From Antedon mediterranea (lineage: Eukaryota; Animalia; Echinodermata), in contig NC_092675.1 of assembly GCF_964355755.1 (NCBI RefSeq), forward strand, positions 19,192,912 through 19,256,911: a stretch of DNA of 64,000 bases, given 5' to 3'. Below, piece by piece: positions 50,801-63,796 of the stretch (its first letter is position 1; every line of letters begins with the position of its first letter). The notes under the pieces are model-generated. The model was not told where the DNA came from. It did no database searches and worked only from the letters and a program-made list of their open reading frames with translations. Made by a program: the position numbers and the translations under genes.

Positions 50801-53800
50801 AATAAACATGCAGGTTTTTAGTTATAGCAGCATAATATCAAAATGTCACCAACAAGTAAAATATACAACTATTAATTAAATTATACACTTTTCTAGCATG
50901 GACAACTTAAATATTTAGTTTATTAAGGGACATACGCAGCAAAATTATTTTATGTTATATGTTATGCCTAGTAACTTATGTCAACACAGTTAGTGACTAA
51001 AACTAAAAACACAATTTGTATTTGTAACAGTATTAAATATATTATATTATGTGAACACATATGATCACTTTCAACTATTAGCAAAGAAAACATAAATATA
51101 TTCATTATTAAATTGCAATCACAACAATAAACCATGATTAGGGACCAAGCCTAACCTTGACAGTAATCGCCAACGCAATTACTTGTTTCGTCCTCTGGCC
51201 CATCGCAGCCTGCACCGCCATGTGCAGGAGCAGGGCTAGAACAACTTCGTGTTCGCATGTGTTTGCAAAGTTGGTTGCATGACGACCAGGTTGACCAGGA
51301 AGTCCACATACCATTAACTGTACAAAAGAAGATAGAGAAGTGCAACACAAAAAGAAAACAAATAAGATGTCAAAAAATAAGAATATAGTAGGAAAATGTA
51401 ATAGTTAAAAATAATTGGAAAGTTTAACATACAATAAATTTAGATAGTAAAAGAAATTTAAAAAAGCAATCAAATAAATTAACATTAAACAAGTAGGAGT
51501 ACGTGAAAAAACAAGCAAAGAGAAGAAATATTGAAACTGTAAGATTAATAAATGCTGTCCTCTATAGTTAGAAATAACTTTTGTATTGTGAGCTTTCACT
51601 TGCAAGCAACATGTTTTTCTACCCTGGTAATCTTCTTCAATTGATATTCTCAATAAACTTCTTGTTTCAAAATGTAAAGATGGGGGTTTTGTGGAATACC
51701 TTTAAATACAAGCCCTTCAATTGAATCTAAATTGTGAAATTGCATTTCCTAATAAACTAGACTGAAAAAGCAATGATACAATCTGAATGTTAAATAGAAT
51801 CTATAATTCTTTCAAGGAATAAACGATGCTACCTACATGTCACAGATGGAATAGTTAAAATGACGACCTAAAAAGATCAACCCTCACAAGTTGTTAGGAA
51901 AACTTAAATAGAGGCCATTACATTGACACATAAGCTTGCTACTTTAAGTATAAATGAAGGATACTTCTTTGTTTATGATATAGAATATACATTCTAAAAC
52001 AAAATTATATATAAGTATTGAGTAAAAGCTCAGATTAAATACTATCATTTAATTGCATTCATCTTTAATTACATATACAATTTCTGCGTAATATACAGAC
52101 AAAAACTATTGATGTACGTCTATGATTAACAACTAAGGAGGATAGACTTAACAGTGCTAATATGCTCCTATTGAATTCACATCTTCTCCATTTTCTGATG
52201 ATGAATTTAATACATTGTCATTCTCTAGGGAGAATATTAATCTTTATTAGGAATTAGAAACTTGTTACAAGGTTAAAAACGAAATCTGAGGAATGCTGGA
52301 CAATTTGCTTGCTGGGATGCGTTGGAATTCTCAAAACCATTCAAGCCAAATAGTAAACAAATACATGAAACTTGTATAAAATAAAAATTGTAAACAGGGG
52401 AAAATTTAATTAACATCCTGAGTGTGGGAACTTATTTCAGACAAAGCTAATAATATTGACTACAATAGTATATACAATGTACTACTAGACACTGTTAATA
52501 AATTAAAAAATTAACAATATACTTGCAAACCATTTGTCCAGTCATAAAAATTGATCTTCAGTAATGAATTTGAATAACAATATTCTTCCTGGTTTTTGTT
52601 AATAAAATAGCATGTACACCTTTGAAAACTAGATTTTATCTATTTTTTCCCAGACTACTACTTGTAAGTAATATCTTGAACAAAAGCATAGTAATTGTTA
52701 AATTTCAACAAAATAGAATGCTCAAATCGTTAACTGACATCTACATATTTAATAAGATAAACATAATCTTCCCAAAAAAATGTTAGCCTCGAAATTACAA
52801 TGAATAATATGTTTTCATAATCATATCCAAATTTTCAATACTTTTTTTATCATGATAATCCACCCGTCTACATATTTTGTATGTCAATTACATTCATATG
52901 TTAAAAAGGCCTTTTGTAATGAGTATATTGGAAGTGGATACAATTTTAGAGTACATTATGAACGTAGGATCTTGCGTTTGGTATGATCAAATGTAATATA
53001 TAAATTTTCTATTTTTCATTTTTATCTTTAACTCGCCAAACTCACTACACATTATATAGCTCTTCACCACATTAAATGCTTGAGTAAAGTAGTTTTCAGT
53101 CAGGCGAGAAATCACGGTTATCCGTATACTGAACCGGGGACTACATGATTGCAAGCGAGAGCTATTAAATCCCCATTATGATCCATTCCTTACTGTCCTC
53201 TGACCCCATCAACATGTTTTCAACGCGACATTTAACAGTAACAAACAGATAAATTCTGATTGCACACTCAAAGGAATATAACACAAAATATACATCAGCA
53301 GATAAATCAGTGTATTTTGAAAAGTTAGTTGTAATTATTATATTAATTATATTATTACAAAATTTTTTGAAGGGATTTCTATGCAATGTAAATTTAATGC
53401 TACATCCACTATAAATTAGCTTTCAATGACATGTAATCACGGTAATGTTGATAATTAAGTTTTATGCAAATTTTGGTGACCATTTGGTGTACTGATTATG
53501 AGATTGAAAGTTGAAGTCCAACGTTCGTCGCATTGCTTGTGTCCTTAGGCCAGACACTTTACTTACAATTGCCTCTGTCTCTCTACCCAGGTGTACAAAT
53601 GGGTCCTGGTAAAGTAAAAACACAACTGCGCTAAGGCTGCATTATAGGAGTATGTTTCCATTATGTTTGATCCAAAAATAACTGGGGTAATAATGTGAAG
53701 CGTTTGAAGGGCTATATATAAGAATGACAGTATTATTATTATTATTATACATCACCTCAACAAAATTATAAGTTAAACAAACATTCACCTTATAAACAAA

Positions 53801-56800
53801 TGAAAACAATATAGAATAAAGTTTCAAAAGACTATTATGATATTCTCCGATATTGAATTATAAAGCATGAAAATAACTAACAATTGTTTAATTCCACAAC
53901 AGGCGAGAACTTGCTTTGGAGGATCATGAATAGAACTAAAATCATAAAATTTATTTGGATCACGATAATACGTTATACTGCTCAATCTTGTTAAGGGGAT
54001 TTCAGTGTCATGCAACCCCACTTAGAATAACACTATTCTAATCTTACACACATGCTATGTATAAAGGCCAGATAAAAAGGTAAAAATGGTTCTCTTTTTG
54101 TATTTATTGTTTAATATAACTAGCTGATGCCATTATAGGAGATGATTATATTATTACCAAGAATTAATGACGCCCACGTATTAACGAAAATCTTAATTTA
54201 ACAGTAGCCTTTGGTAGAATTAGAAGATGGCTAACAGCGGAAGTATCGGTCCCATGGTTTAGGAGGAGACGGTGTAAGGTTATTTATAATTTAGATATAT
54301 TCTTTATTAAAAATATAAAATAGTATAAATCATATAAATTCTTTAATGTTTTTCTATTCACTAAACATGTATATTTGAGCATGTTTTTATAAACCATGAG
54401 TGGACTTGTATACTATGGTATACATTCATGTACAGAAATAGGTCCTATATATCTTAACCATTTAAACATTTTTTTGTGCAAAATACTCAATTAGCAAAAT
54501 CATGAACTGATGGGGAAATAAATTACATAATATTTCATCCAAGCTTTAAACATTTTAGCTTACAGTATAATATACCAAGTGAATGCGATTTATTTAGAAT
54601 ATAATCTTAACTTTCCAAAAAGAATCATAAGCAGTCATGCATTGCAAAAACTTTTTATATAAAACAATTTCCATAATTTCAAAATTGTATTAAATCCCAA
54701 CCTTTTATTGCACTGCGGTGTATTATACGAATTGACATTATATTTTCTATTGAAGCCTAAACGGATAGCATATACAAACAAACCAGTCTCTGGCGTATTA
54801 TGCAATTCCTCCAGCAATAACAAAACAACTGTTTAATAGCATATTGCACCGTGGAACTTAAATTTTGGTTATATTGCAAGAATATTAAAAGAATATGGTT
54901 GTGTAATGTTGGAAGATTACCATATTGAGTGATATTATGTTATTGATTTAATATGGTTGCCAAGAACCCAGATATCACATGACCTCCACAAAGAATTCTA
55001 CATTGCTTTTTATCTATTTTTGCTTCCTATATTTTATTACATCTTAATGTTTTATCAATAATACTGATTATGATATTAATATCCAAGTCATCCATCATGT
55101 TTTTATAATTTATATTATGTATATTATAATTATTATGAATTACGACTCATATTTGAGGTCTAGTTATTTATAGGTAGACTTAGTCACGTTCAACTATCAT
55201 CCATCATATTTTAAGGTTCTAAATATATTCTTGTAGGCCTACATTTTTTTGTCTATCACTGAGGTGAAGGTTTCTTAAAGATATAAGAATTTGGTATTGC
55301 ACTATATAATTAATGGCTATATATCTGTTTGTCAAATACATCAATTGTACCCATTAAATGTATGGACAACATAAATTTCATGTGAAAAGAGTAATTTTAG
55401 TGATTTTCTGCATTTGATTTTGCATCTCCGATCGCTTCCCAAACAACTCGACAAATGGTAAAATCTTATAGCATTCCGCTGTGACATAGTAAGGTACAAA
55501 TCTGGTAGCATGCATCTTTACTTCCCCTACTGTAGATCCTCCAATGTATACCCTCAACATCCCGACATAGTTGTTGCTACCTCTGGAAGTGTTATGTTAA
55601 AGACCCCTTCCCTGCAATTTTGGACGTTTTTTGGAAAATAATACATATATATCACTTTAAAAACATTAAACCATGTCATTCCTTGTCTTAAATGTACGTT
55701 TTATGGTAAATTATGATAAAAAGTGAGAAACAATGCACTACCTAAGTAGCTCGCGGCGATCGACCTCTCGTGGACGGTCTCAGGCCTAGCCTAGCTAGGC
55801 TTAGTTTTGTAGGCCTAGCTGGTAAACATCGGTAATGTACAAACATCGTACGCTAGCTATATACCTAGCCTGACGTTGTATAGTTGCTGCATTAATTATC
55901 TTTCTATTTTTGCCAGACTCCGTTGATACAAATTGGGGAAAACCCGGTATTTTCGCTGAAAAGTTAGGAGTCTTCCATTTGTTTTGGCTTCACGATCGAT
56001 CGAAGAGTGGGCGAATTACAGGTGAAAAACAACAATATCAATCCGCGCGCAATGCATTTTGGGATTTATAGCGGGCCGCTATAATTATTAAAATCGATTT
56101 ATTTTTCACATTTTTAACCGTTTAAAGACAAAAAAAGTTATCGCAATAGGACCATATAGTATTATTTTTACATTAAATATAGTTTGTGACCTTAAATTAG
56201 ATCTAAAAAACGTAGGGAATGGGGCTTTAAGTTTTTAAGACATTTAAAAGCACAATTCCACAAAGGTAATTCCTGATACACGCATAATTTTTATAGTTAT
56301 AACAGTTCTAGGCTGCTTTATAATGCAGCTTTTACACAAATCACTGGATTCAGGCAATTAGAACCGGTTTCACTTGCCATTAAAAGCATAAACAAATTTG
56401 TGTACATAAAAGATTAATACATTCAGTTATCTGCTTTGAGGTAAGAGTTTGATATAATATCCATTTAGAGTAGAATCTGCGGATGCATCATTTTGGGATG
56501 TGCTTATTGGATTAAGATTTATGTTCTTTACTTTAACTGACTTATGTTTACATCATTGTAGTCACCATGGTTACTAATAGATAATATAGATTAACTACTT
56601 ATAATTGCCATTTAAGGACAATTGAAATATTTATTTCAAAATGAAAAATCAAACAATACGAAAAAAAAAAGGAAAAAAAATTCAAATCATTGAATTTTAT
56701 ATTTTAAAAAAAATGTTATCATGTGATGAAATTACATCTTGACAAGTACTTTAGTTCCAAATCTACAAAAATACTTCAACCCAAAATTTGAAGCCAATGT

Positions 56801-57754
56801 TCAACTTTGTACTAAACGTTCAAACAATAATAAAAAATCAAATGAAATTCTGCTGCAACATCGGAAGCATTAAAATATGCTTTTCCGCGAGGACAACACT
56901 CAACAATTATCACCATTAGCAACATTCCGTCACATCTAGCATAATAGTTTTTTGCAGTTATTGTTAATCCAGTTTATAGAGCAAAATTGGTTTTTATGTG
57001 TGGAAGCTTTCTATACGAGTGATTATAGCATGTAGCTATGAGTTGCACTGCTTATTACGTCAGCTCATGGCACTAGATTTGCTGTTCTATTCTGAAGTGT
57101 ATCAAACTGACAGAGATAAACACATGACAGGCCTATGTTGGAAATGTGTTTCAGTGAGCATAAAAGAATAACCAGACCCTATGGACACCAGTATTTCAAT
57201 GAACTTGATACTTTCAAATTTGCGAAACGGACGTGGCTGTTTGTGATATAATTTAGAAATCAGAAAACTCAAATTTCAATATCTCACAGCTTACGTAAAT
57301 GTTCTTTGTGCAAATAACTACCAACTGTCATAAAACTATAAATTATATAATAAATGTATTAAGCACAATTTAAACGTATTTCTTATTTATTTAAATGACA
57401 GTGAACTATGTACATAAAGTTCACTACAATCCATATTAGCAACAACAATTACTACCACAAGTTGGCAGTGTTCGTCACAGAATTCTGAAAATGAAGCTTA
57501 CCTATATACATACGGAAAGTTCATACAAATTTAGAAAACATGTAGGAGGTTCGAGGATGTGACTGAATGAAAGACAATTGTTTTACCTGAGCAGGTCGAT
57601 GTGCACGTTTGTGTTTCCGTAGATTGTCCGACACATTTTTTTCCTGTGTTCACTGGTTTAGGATTCGTACAAGTCCTAGTACGACTCTTAATGCCAGCGT
57701 CGCATTCACTATTGCACTTTGTCCACTGCGTCCATTCACTCCAGCCTCCATCTT
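29716..57754 (-). CDS. UNC5: UNC5 netrin receptor, 5'-partial spliced CDS (TSP1 x2, stalk, TM, ZU5, UPA, death domain)
   Basis: Eleven exons join in frame: 57754-57587, 51317-51156, 50047-49961, 45883-45731, 43821-43165, 42304-42036, 37918-37682, 32549-32403, 32053-31886, 31266-31079, 29887-29716. The domain order is diagnostic of UNC5. Confidence 0.96.
31079..31266 (-). CDS. UNC5: UNC5 exon, death domain N-terminal half
   Basis: LCEVLDPPKSRGNDWRLLAVKLGVD; tttag acceptor, gtaaga donor. Confidence 0.95.
31534..31792. repeat. C-rich minisatellite (~24-25 bp unit, aaactctccctaaaccagactccct)
   Basis: About 10 degenerate tandem units with strong strand asymmetry and several CCCTAA hexamers. Confidence 0.9.
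31886..32053 (-). CDS. UNC5: UNC5 exon, UPA domain (EIPFCHIWSG...TADE)
   Basis: 168 nt open frame; tttaaag acceptor, gtaagc donor. Confidence 0.93.
32403..32549 (-). CDS. UNC5: UNC5 exon, UPA domain (SVLQTEHKQGG...WRSKLAANYQ)
   Basis: 147 nt open frame; resembles vertebrate WRSKLLAKYQ. Confidence 0.93.
34328..34370. mobile_element. 29-bp hairpin CATAG...CTATG, degenerate flanking repeats
   Basis: GTTAAAG | CATAGAGATA-TTATAGTGT-TATCTCTATG | GTTTTAA; only 4 of 7 flank positions match. Confidence 0.4.
35073..35224. mobile_element. MITE (CTCTGTCTACACTATCA family)
   Basis: Inverted ends TGTCTACACTATCA / TGATAGTGTAGACAGAG; second copy at 36889-37005. Confidence 0.8.
35995..36145. mobile_element. 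MITE, Tc1/mariner-like (TA-flanked CAGTCAACTCTCCC family)
   Basis: TA|CGGTCAACTCTCCCAATA...TATTGGGAGAGTTGACGG|TA; related copies at 50173-50357 and about 57880-58031. Confidence 0.75.
36407..36442. mobile_element. 22-bp hairpin CATGG...CCATG with perfect 7-bp direct repeats (candidate P-element footprint)
   Basis: ACCCAAC | CATGGAGGT-TTAT-ACCTCCATG | ACCCAAC. Confidence 0.7.
36889..37005. mobile_element. MITE (CTCTGTCTACAC family), internally deleted copy
   Basis: CTCTGTCTACACT ... AGTGTAGACAGAG inverted ends; core shared with 35073-35224. Confidence 0.8.
37682..37918 (-). CDS. UNC5: UNC5 exon, ZU5-UPA junction (KIATLGEETINT...DNTPDALE)
   Basis: 237 nt, overlapping ORF 37664..37879; aatag acceptor, gtaaga donor. 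Confidence 0.95.
42036..42304 (-). CDS. UNC5: UNC5 exon, ZU5 domain
   Basis: GISVFVPEGAVP...LTPIIICGP...HCA; ttccag acceptor, gtaggt donor. Confidence 0.95.
43165..43821 (-). CDS. UNC5: UNC5 exon, juxtamembrane cytoplasmic linker and ZU5 start
   Basis: 657 nt within ORF 43049..43882; QPDLT and WGTIGPRGGRLSVPNAG motifs. Confidence 0.93.
45229..45552 (+). mobile_element. tRNA-derived Deu/Nin-like SINE, copy 2
   Basis: Near-identical to 22154-22472; (TCAA)n tail; 20-bp direct repeat atggcattgttgcttggtac on both sides, slightly offset. Confidence 0.85.
45731..45883 (-). CDS. UNC5: UNC5 transmembrane exon
   Basis: IALFVGIGLTVLVCILVSVFVISYF followed by the basic KRKK stop-transfer; CAGCAG tandem acceptor (exon start 45883 or 45880), gtgact donor. 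Confidence 0.92.
49961..50047 (-). CDS. UNC5: UNC5 extracellular stalk exon (V)SPVVSGTEPTPSPAILPNPDQNQLGDSS
   Basis: 87 nt, phase 1-1, strong acceptor ttttctttctag and donor CAG|gtgagg, open frame between the TSP1-2 and TM exons. Confidence 0.75.
50173..50357. mobile_element. MITE, CAGTCAACTCT family copy
   Basis: TA|CAGTCAACTCT...GGGAGACTTGACTG; shares ttgggctgg with 35995-36145. Confidence 0.65.
51156..51317 (-). CDS. UNC5: UNC5 thrombospondin type-1 repeat 2
   Basis: WTSWSTWSSC...RTRSCSSPAP..GG..C; 162 nt, phase 1-1. Confidence 0.96.
53490..53612 (+). mobile_element. Old SINE remnant (CORE/Meta-like domain)
   Basis: GTGTCCTTAGGCCAGACACTTTAC...CCCAGGTGTACAAATGGG resembles the conserved central domain of ancient metazoan SINEs. 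Confidence 0.45.
55601..56226. mobile_element. Non-autonomous DNA transposon, Kolobok-like (TTAA target)
   Basis: TTAA|AGACCCCTTCCCTGC ... GTAGGGAATGGGGCT|TTAA; AG...CT termini; CpG-rich interior. Confidence 0.7.
57587..57754 (-). CDS. UNC5: UNC5 thrombospondin type-1 repeat 1
   Basis: DGGWSEWTQWTKCNSECDAGIKSRTRTCTNPKPVNTGKKCVG; 168 nt, phase 1-1. Confidence 0.96.
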
Positions 57755-58488
57755 CTGCAAAACATTAATTTATACAAAATGCAATTTAGTAAAGAATGAC
57801 AATAAGAAACAAAACTGTGACCATCACAGTACATGAAATGTCAAAGGTTTTAGGGCATGTGCTAGTAACAGAAAAAAGGTTGGGCTGGCCTAATATGTCT
57901 GGTTATTCTGGTATTCTGAATGTGTTTTTAATGGTTAAAAAATAACAGAATTTGGGAGCTTTTCGGACATCCAGAAATGTCTGGATTTGGGAGAGTCTCA
58001 GGTTTTCAAAGTCTATAGGGACAGTTGAATGTATTATGTATAAGTTCATAAAACTTGAAATCTCAAATTGATTTTATGTCTTTATTAAACAGCACTTGAT
58101 TTGAACCATGTCTTCTGAGAAAACGGTTTGAAACTTTACTAAAAACCGTCTCATTCAATTGTAAATATTCAATATTAACATAATAATTTGTTCATAAATA
58201 GAATAAAATGCTAATCTGTAATTTATGACTTTAAACATCTGTTTACATAAACAGATGTTTACATTAAATTTTATTTCAAATCTCCAATTCAAAGCTAAAC
58301 TGTTGGTATTAAACCTTAGCAGGCCATACATTTAAGTTTAGTGTCAGCAAAGGCATTTCTTCAGTGAAGCTCTGGGCTAAAACCTATTAATAGAAATATA
58401 TGAGGATGTCTGAAAAAAAATTAAGTATTGAATAGTGTACAATTTTTCTTGTAGGCCTTTGTTTTTGTGGTGAAAATCACTGAGCCTA

Positions 58489-59564
58489 TGACCCATTTAC
58501 ACTTCATCGACAATTTCTTAGCCGGCCCCAAGTCGGCACCGACGCTGGCTTTCTTTTTAGCCCGCAATGTGTTTACACTTACCCAAAAAGCCGGCCTCGG
58601 GCCCAATTACTATTGTGTTTACACTTGCTCTCACGGAAGAGTGCTCGATAATAGGCTTTCGCTACATTCACGTCATATCCGCTCATGTGCGCCCACCAAC
58701 CGTCTTAAAAAGTTAATATTATTAAACGTTGTCGATCTACACTAGGCCTAGGCCTATCGAAATTTAGCAAAAAAGAATCAAATAACGGTATTTAATATGG
58801 AACAAAACAATTGTATTATTGCTTTACTACTAATGTTTGCCTCTCGTTTTCTGAAGAATAGTAGTAGATCAATACGCCTTTTTCGCGAAATGGAAGACAT
58901 TTTCGATAGATGACAAACAATGCCGTGCAACGAAGCGTAACCAACAGAAATAACATAGCGTTTTCAGCCTATTTGCTGAGGACAAGTTACTCCGTTAATT
59001 CGTAACTCCTCAACGGACAGCCGTATGGACACAATTTTTACTGTAAAATGTTGTTTAAAGATTAGCCTACATAACTGTGTGATTGAAAAAAATTTGAAAA
59101 TTTGTTTTCACTTCTTAAAGGCCATGGAAAAAAACACCACAGTGTATAAGCATAGGCGCCGCATGGTGTCCTAAAATCCCCTGAAAACGCTATGTTATTT
59201 CTTTTGGTTACGCTTTGTTGCACGGCATTGTTTGTCATCGATCGAAGATGTCTTCTGTTTTGTAAAAAAGACGTACATCTTCACCAATTCAATTTCAATG
59301 AAGAATTCCCGTTCATCAGCAATAAGTTTCGTAAACTTTAAACTATGGTTGACCCAGAACGTTCATTTTATGACCACGAGTGTTTACACTATACGAAGTG
59401 CCGTCCCGAAGCCTGCAATTGCCGGGCCGAAGCCTACTCTAGACTAGGCTCAAAATTGAGCCGGCTCGAGGCCGGCTCGGTTGTTACCAGAGTGTTTAGA
59501 CTTGTGCACTTTTGGCTCGGAGCCGGCCTCGGGCTCGCTAAAAGCTGAAGTGTAAATGGGGTCT
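58489..59564. mobile_element. Non-autonomous DNA transposon, Harbinger-like, with an internal long inverted repeat
   Basis: Ends GACCCATTTACACTTCA / TGAAGTGTAAATGGGGTC; subterminal GTGTTTACACT and GCCGGCCTCGGGC repeats. Confidence 0.75.
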
Positions 59565-59927
59565 AAAATAGAAATCTCTCTTTCCTTCTAGTGTTGTTTC
59601 AACGATACAACTGTTTGCCCCTGTTACCTGTTTTTTTTTCCATACCTGATACAAACATTTTCATTGCTATGTTTGATGTCATGACTAGCAATGAACTATT
59701 TTATAACATATTAGAATAGAGTAATAGGATAGAAATAATAGGTTATTGGGTCATTTGCAGCACTACTGCACAAAGACAAATTAAGGTTTATTTCAGCATC
59801 TCAACAAATATTTTCAGTTGCAGTTTTTTACCATTAAAACAAACTATTGAACATTGGATTGGTAAGCACAAATGTTAAACACCAAGCTATAATGCTACTA
59901 CAGTTTATAATTAAACCATGAAAAGTA

Positions 59928-60000
59928 GAGTTGTAGCTTAGTGGTTACGATCGGCTTGTCTGCCGATCCAAGGATCAGGTTCAAATCACGTTGGGTTCAA
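59928..60000 (+). mobile_element. Degenerate tRNA-derived SINE head
   Basis: TAGCTTAGTGG A box and GGTTCAAATC B box. Confidence 0.4.
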
Positions 60001-60723
60001 AATTCTTTCTCATCACAAAAAACAAGTTCACTCTCAAAGACTTGTTTAAGACTTTATATTGAACATCATGTCACGTCTATGTTTGTGCTGGATTACCACA
60101 TTTTAATAAAAGCATAGTGAATGTATTTCCTTGGTATCACTATCATTGGTAATAATATATAGAAGAAGATTAAAAAAATATTTTAAAAAAGAATGATATC
60201 TTTAATCTTATTCATTAATAGGTTTACCGGTATCTTCAGTGTTCATTTAGTAGTTGTAAGTATAACTACAGAGTTGGGTTTTTTTGTTTAAAATAATGTG
60301 CAAATTAATATATTTGTTGAAATGTAAATGTCTCAATTTCAGTATTATTAGCAAAAGGTTCTGACAGGTATTGCAATGAATAAAGTAGCATACAGGAATT
60401 TAATGTTGGAATTTCTGTAATTCACATGTACTCTTGTTAATTGTTAACAATTGATTCATTCATTTCAGTTTCTTTCTATAAGTGAGGAATATCGTAAATC
60501 TTTCTGCTAAAGTCAGAATCTATAAAACCCATAATAAACAACAGTATTATATTTTTGTATTGATCATACCTTCATGGAATCTGCTATAAAATGTTTTAAA
60601 GTGCATTTATATTGGAATATAGTTTGTTGTAATTGGGAATCTAGAACTTGATACAATTCTTGATTGAACTATAATATTTTAGGATCTGTTAGAAAGCGAA
60701 CACACAACTCTTGCGAACATTAA

Positions 60724-61497
60724 GGGTATGTTCAGACTCACGGAGTTACAGTGGAGTTATCTACGCAAGGCGTACGGTAATCCGTGGCATTAAAAGTCAA
60801 GGTGTTCAGACACAACGATTAGCATTCCAAACGTCTTGCGTTTAAAGCGGAAGTTCCGTCATACCGCGAAACGGCCGATGGGATACATACACACAATAAC
60901 AACAACAGAGCTGAGAGTGACACGCGCGATTTTTTTGCAAATCTTTACAGAAGATAGTAATTTCGAACATAATTATTACACGGACAATGACTTTGCCATT
61001 ATTTGTATGATTTTAATTAATTTTGTGAAATCATGTCGCCGACGCCAACTTCGTCAGGAAGAATTTTGCAGTTTAGATGCAATTTCTTAAAAAACAGCCA
61101 TCTTGTTGCCGGCGCTAGCTTTCCAATTTCTAATTTCTATCTTGTCTATAAATTCAGGGCTGCCCCATAATGAAATCAAATCAGCCACTTCTGTACTTTT
61201 CCATGTAACACGTTTCATTTTAATTCGAATGTTGCTGTTGATCTAGGCTAGCTCGAGGAATAGGCTATATTGTTTTGCTATTAAAAAAAAAACCGCGCGA
61301 ATAGACTGCTGCTAATTGCGGTCGTGTCTTTTCATTGGCTGACGTTGACCGGAGGTTGAAATCACTGATGCATCAATGGATTAGCCTTATGAAATCTACC
61401 CTCTCCCGCTGGAGTTATTAACGCCACTGGCTCAGACACAAAAATATGTACGCCGCGTACATAACTCCACCGTAACTCCGTGAGTCTGAACATACCC
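60724..61497. mobile_element. PIF/Harbinger-type non-autonomous element
   Basis: TIR of over 35 bp, GGGTATGTTCAGACTCACGGAGTTAC..., with perfect TAA target-site duplications (60721-60723, 61498-61500). Confidence 0.9.
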
Positions 61498-62698
61498 TAA
61501 GGTTAAAGATGAGTAAAGTTTGTGAGATAAGTTACAGCCCAGCTGACACTAGGTCAAGATTGCACTCTGAGATTGGAAGGCAAGTACATTAACCACCACA
61601 CTACAGCTACATTACTTTGGTGGGGGGGGGGGGAGAGAAAGATCTGTTTTTACAACAGCAGGTATAAGGAAATGTATAAATGGTATTATTTTTCACCTTT
61701 GTTCTACTTTGCTGGTTTCAAATAATTACATAAATTAAAAGGTATAATTGCCCTTTTAATACAATGTAACAAAAAAATATAATAGCAATCCAATTTTGAT
61801 TGAAATAATTTCATACCAGTTCAAACATGATTCAAACTGAAGATATTATCGATTATTAAACACAAAATTATGTAGAGCCTACAGCAAAAAGAAAAACGTT
61901 AATAGAAATAAAAATATACAACTTCAAGTAGAATTTTTTTCTTAAAACAGTCAGTCAGTCTACCATCAAAGTATTCAGAGCCCATAGGCAAAAGCTAATA
62001 TTAATGCAAAACAAACTATTTATATTACTTTCCCATAGATCTTTCATCTTTTAGAAATAGGTACTTCATCTTAAATGATGCATTATCAATCTACCTGATG
62101 GAAAAAAAACTCATTTCAAAACAATTTCTGTAAGGAATTATCTAAGAAAATGTTTTTTTCATAAGAATGCTGAAGGGCAGGTAAATCACCCAGATGGTAA
62201 TTGCAATGATGTTCCTTACAGCAATTCTGCTTACAAAAGTTATAATTTTAATGTTTTTGTTGTTATACTTCCTCTGTGTAATAGTTTAGTTTGAAAGTCA
62301 CAAGTTTAACAAACGGCACTCAGGGTATATAAAATCCATAATATTATCTGGTAATTCAATAGTTATAAAAGTATATTTCTCTGCTAATAAATTTACGAAC
62401 TAGATTGTCAAAATGTTATGACTTGCATTTAAATCTCTAGTGAAAATACCTATGAATAATCCATATTTATTTATCATATTTTGGTCTATGTGGAATTTGA
62501 AGTTGGATATGTACCTCAATTAATTCAAAATACCTTATAAATCAAAATAATATATTAAGGCTCAATGTTACCCTTACAACAATTCTCTCAATCCTAATTG
62601 TAGGCCCTATACTATTTTTTATCAAATGAACAAATGTACCAACATTAAGTCCCTTTGAAGGATGAGATAATTGGAACATTGCCCTGAACATGCCTGAA

Positions 62699-62987
62699 AC
62701 TCATTGCTATTTTAATAAATAAATTTACCATTAAATCTCAAATATTTAATTTAAGGGATTAAGCAAGCTACCTAATCTGCTTCCTTTGATAGACTAACCA
62801 TTAAGTTTGATTATGATATAAAATATTCCTGAAAATAAATAGACACTCATTGCTATTTTAATAAATAAATTTACCATTAAATCTCAAATTTTTAATTTAA
62901 GGAATTAAGCAAGCTACCTAATCTGCTTCCTTGGATAGACTAACCATTAAGTTTGATTATGATATAAAATATTCCTGAAAATAGACA
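62699..62987. repeat. Tandem duplication, 146-bp period, two units
   Basis: actcattgctatttt...attcctgaaaata starts at 62699 and 62845, with a few substitutions. Confidence 0.92.
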
Positions 62988-63617
62988 GGAGTTGAAAAAC
63001 CTCATCAGAATTCAAATTATCCTGAAATTACAATTTGGGGTTTATAATAAACGTCTTGCTTGAATAGGTTGAACCTTCAGGTGTGTCTAATTATGATCCA
63101 CCATTAAACCAACGGACTTCATTAGATAGACAGGAGAAAAGATGAATGCCATAGATCAATCAGACATTAACCTTATAGTTTATTTATACATCCTATATCT
63201 GGGTTTGGTATAATAATAATAAGAGTAAGGAAGGCATTTCAGACAATATTTTCAATCAACGGGAAAAGACGAATTACCATTATTAATCAAGTCATACACT
63301 GTAATTGTTTGTATGATTTGGTGCTACTAGTTTGCCATAAACTATCAACTATACAGTATCAAGCTTTGCACTATCTTTTAACAAAATCTTGGCAATCTGC
63401 AGAAAAACTAAACACCACATCTTAAAGCTTAGTTCACACAAGGACGCAAAGACGTATGCGTAACAAATGTAATTTGTCTAATCACAAGTGACATTCTACA
63501 GTACATTTGCATGTAAAACAGTTTGATTAGTAAATGGTGCAAAGCAAACCAAAATGTGAAAGCGCTTTCCTTCCACGTCAGAAACAGATGAAAAAAGAAA
63601 ATTAAAATTAAACTTTA

Positions 63618-63796
63618 AGCTTGGTTCCCACTAGAATGTAACGCAAGGACGTAAACGCAACGCAAGCGTTTTAACCAATGACAAGCAAAGTTATAGACAG
63701 TTAGCAATCACAAGCGAATAAGCCATCGCTTGTGATTGGTCAAATCATTTGCGTTGCGTTACGTCCTTGCGTTGTGTCGCTAGTGGGAACCACGCT
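63618..63796. mobile_element. MITE, GGTTCCCACTA family, inverted relative to 16582-16758
   Basis: TTA|AGCTTGGTTCCCACTA...TAGTGGGAACCACGCT|TTA. Confidence 0.85.

Noticed and set aside
58421-61090. ORFs in the GC-richer patches as transposase genes
   Set aside because: Short, inside non-autonomous elements, with no DDE or Myb-like motifs recognised.
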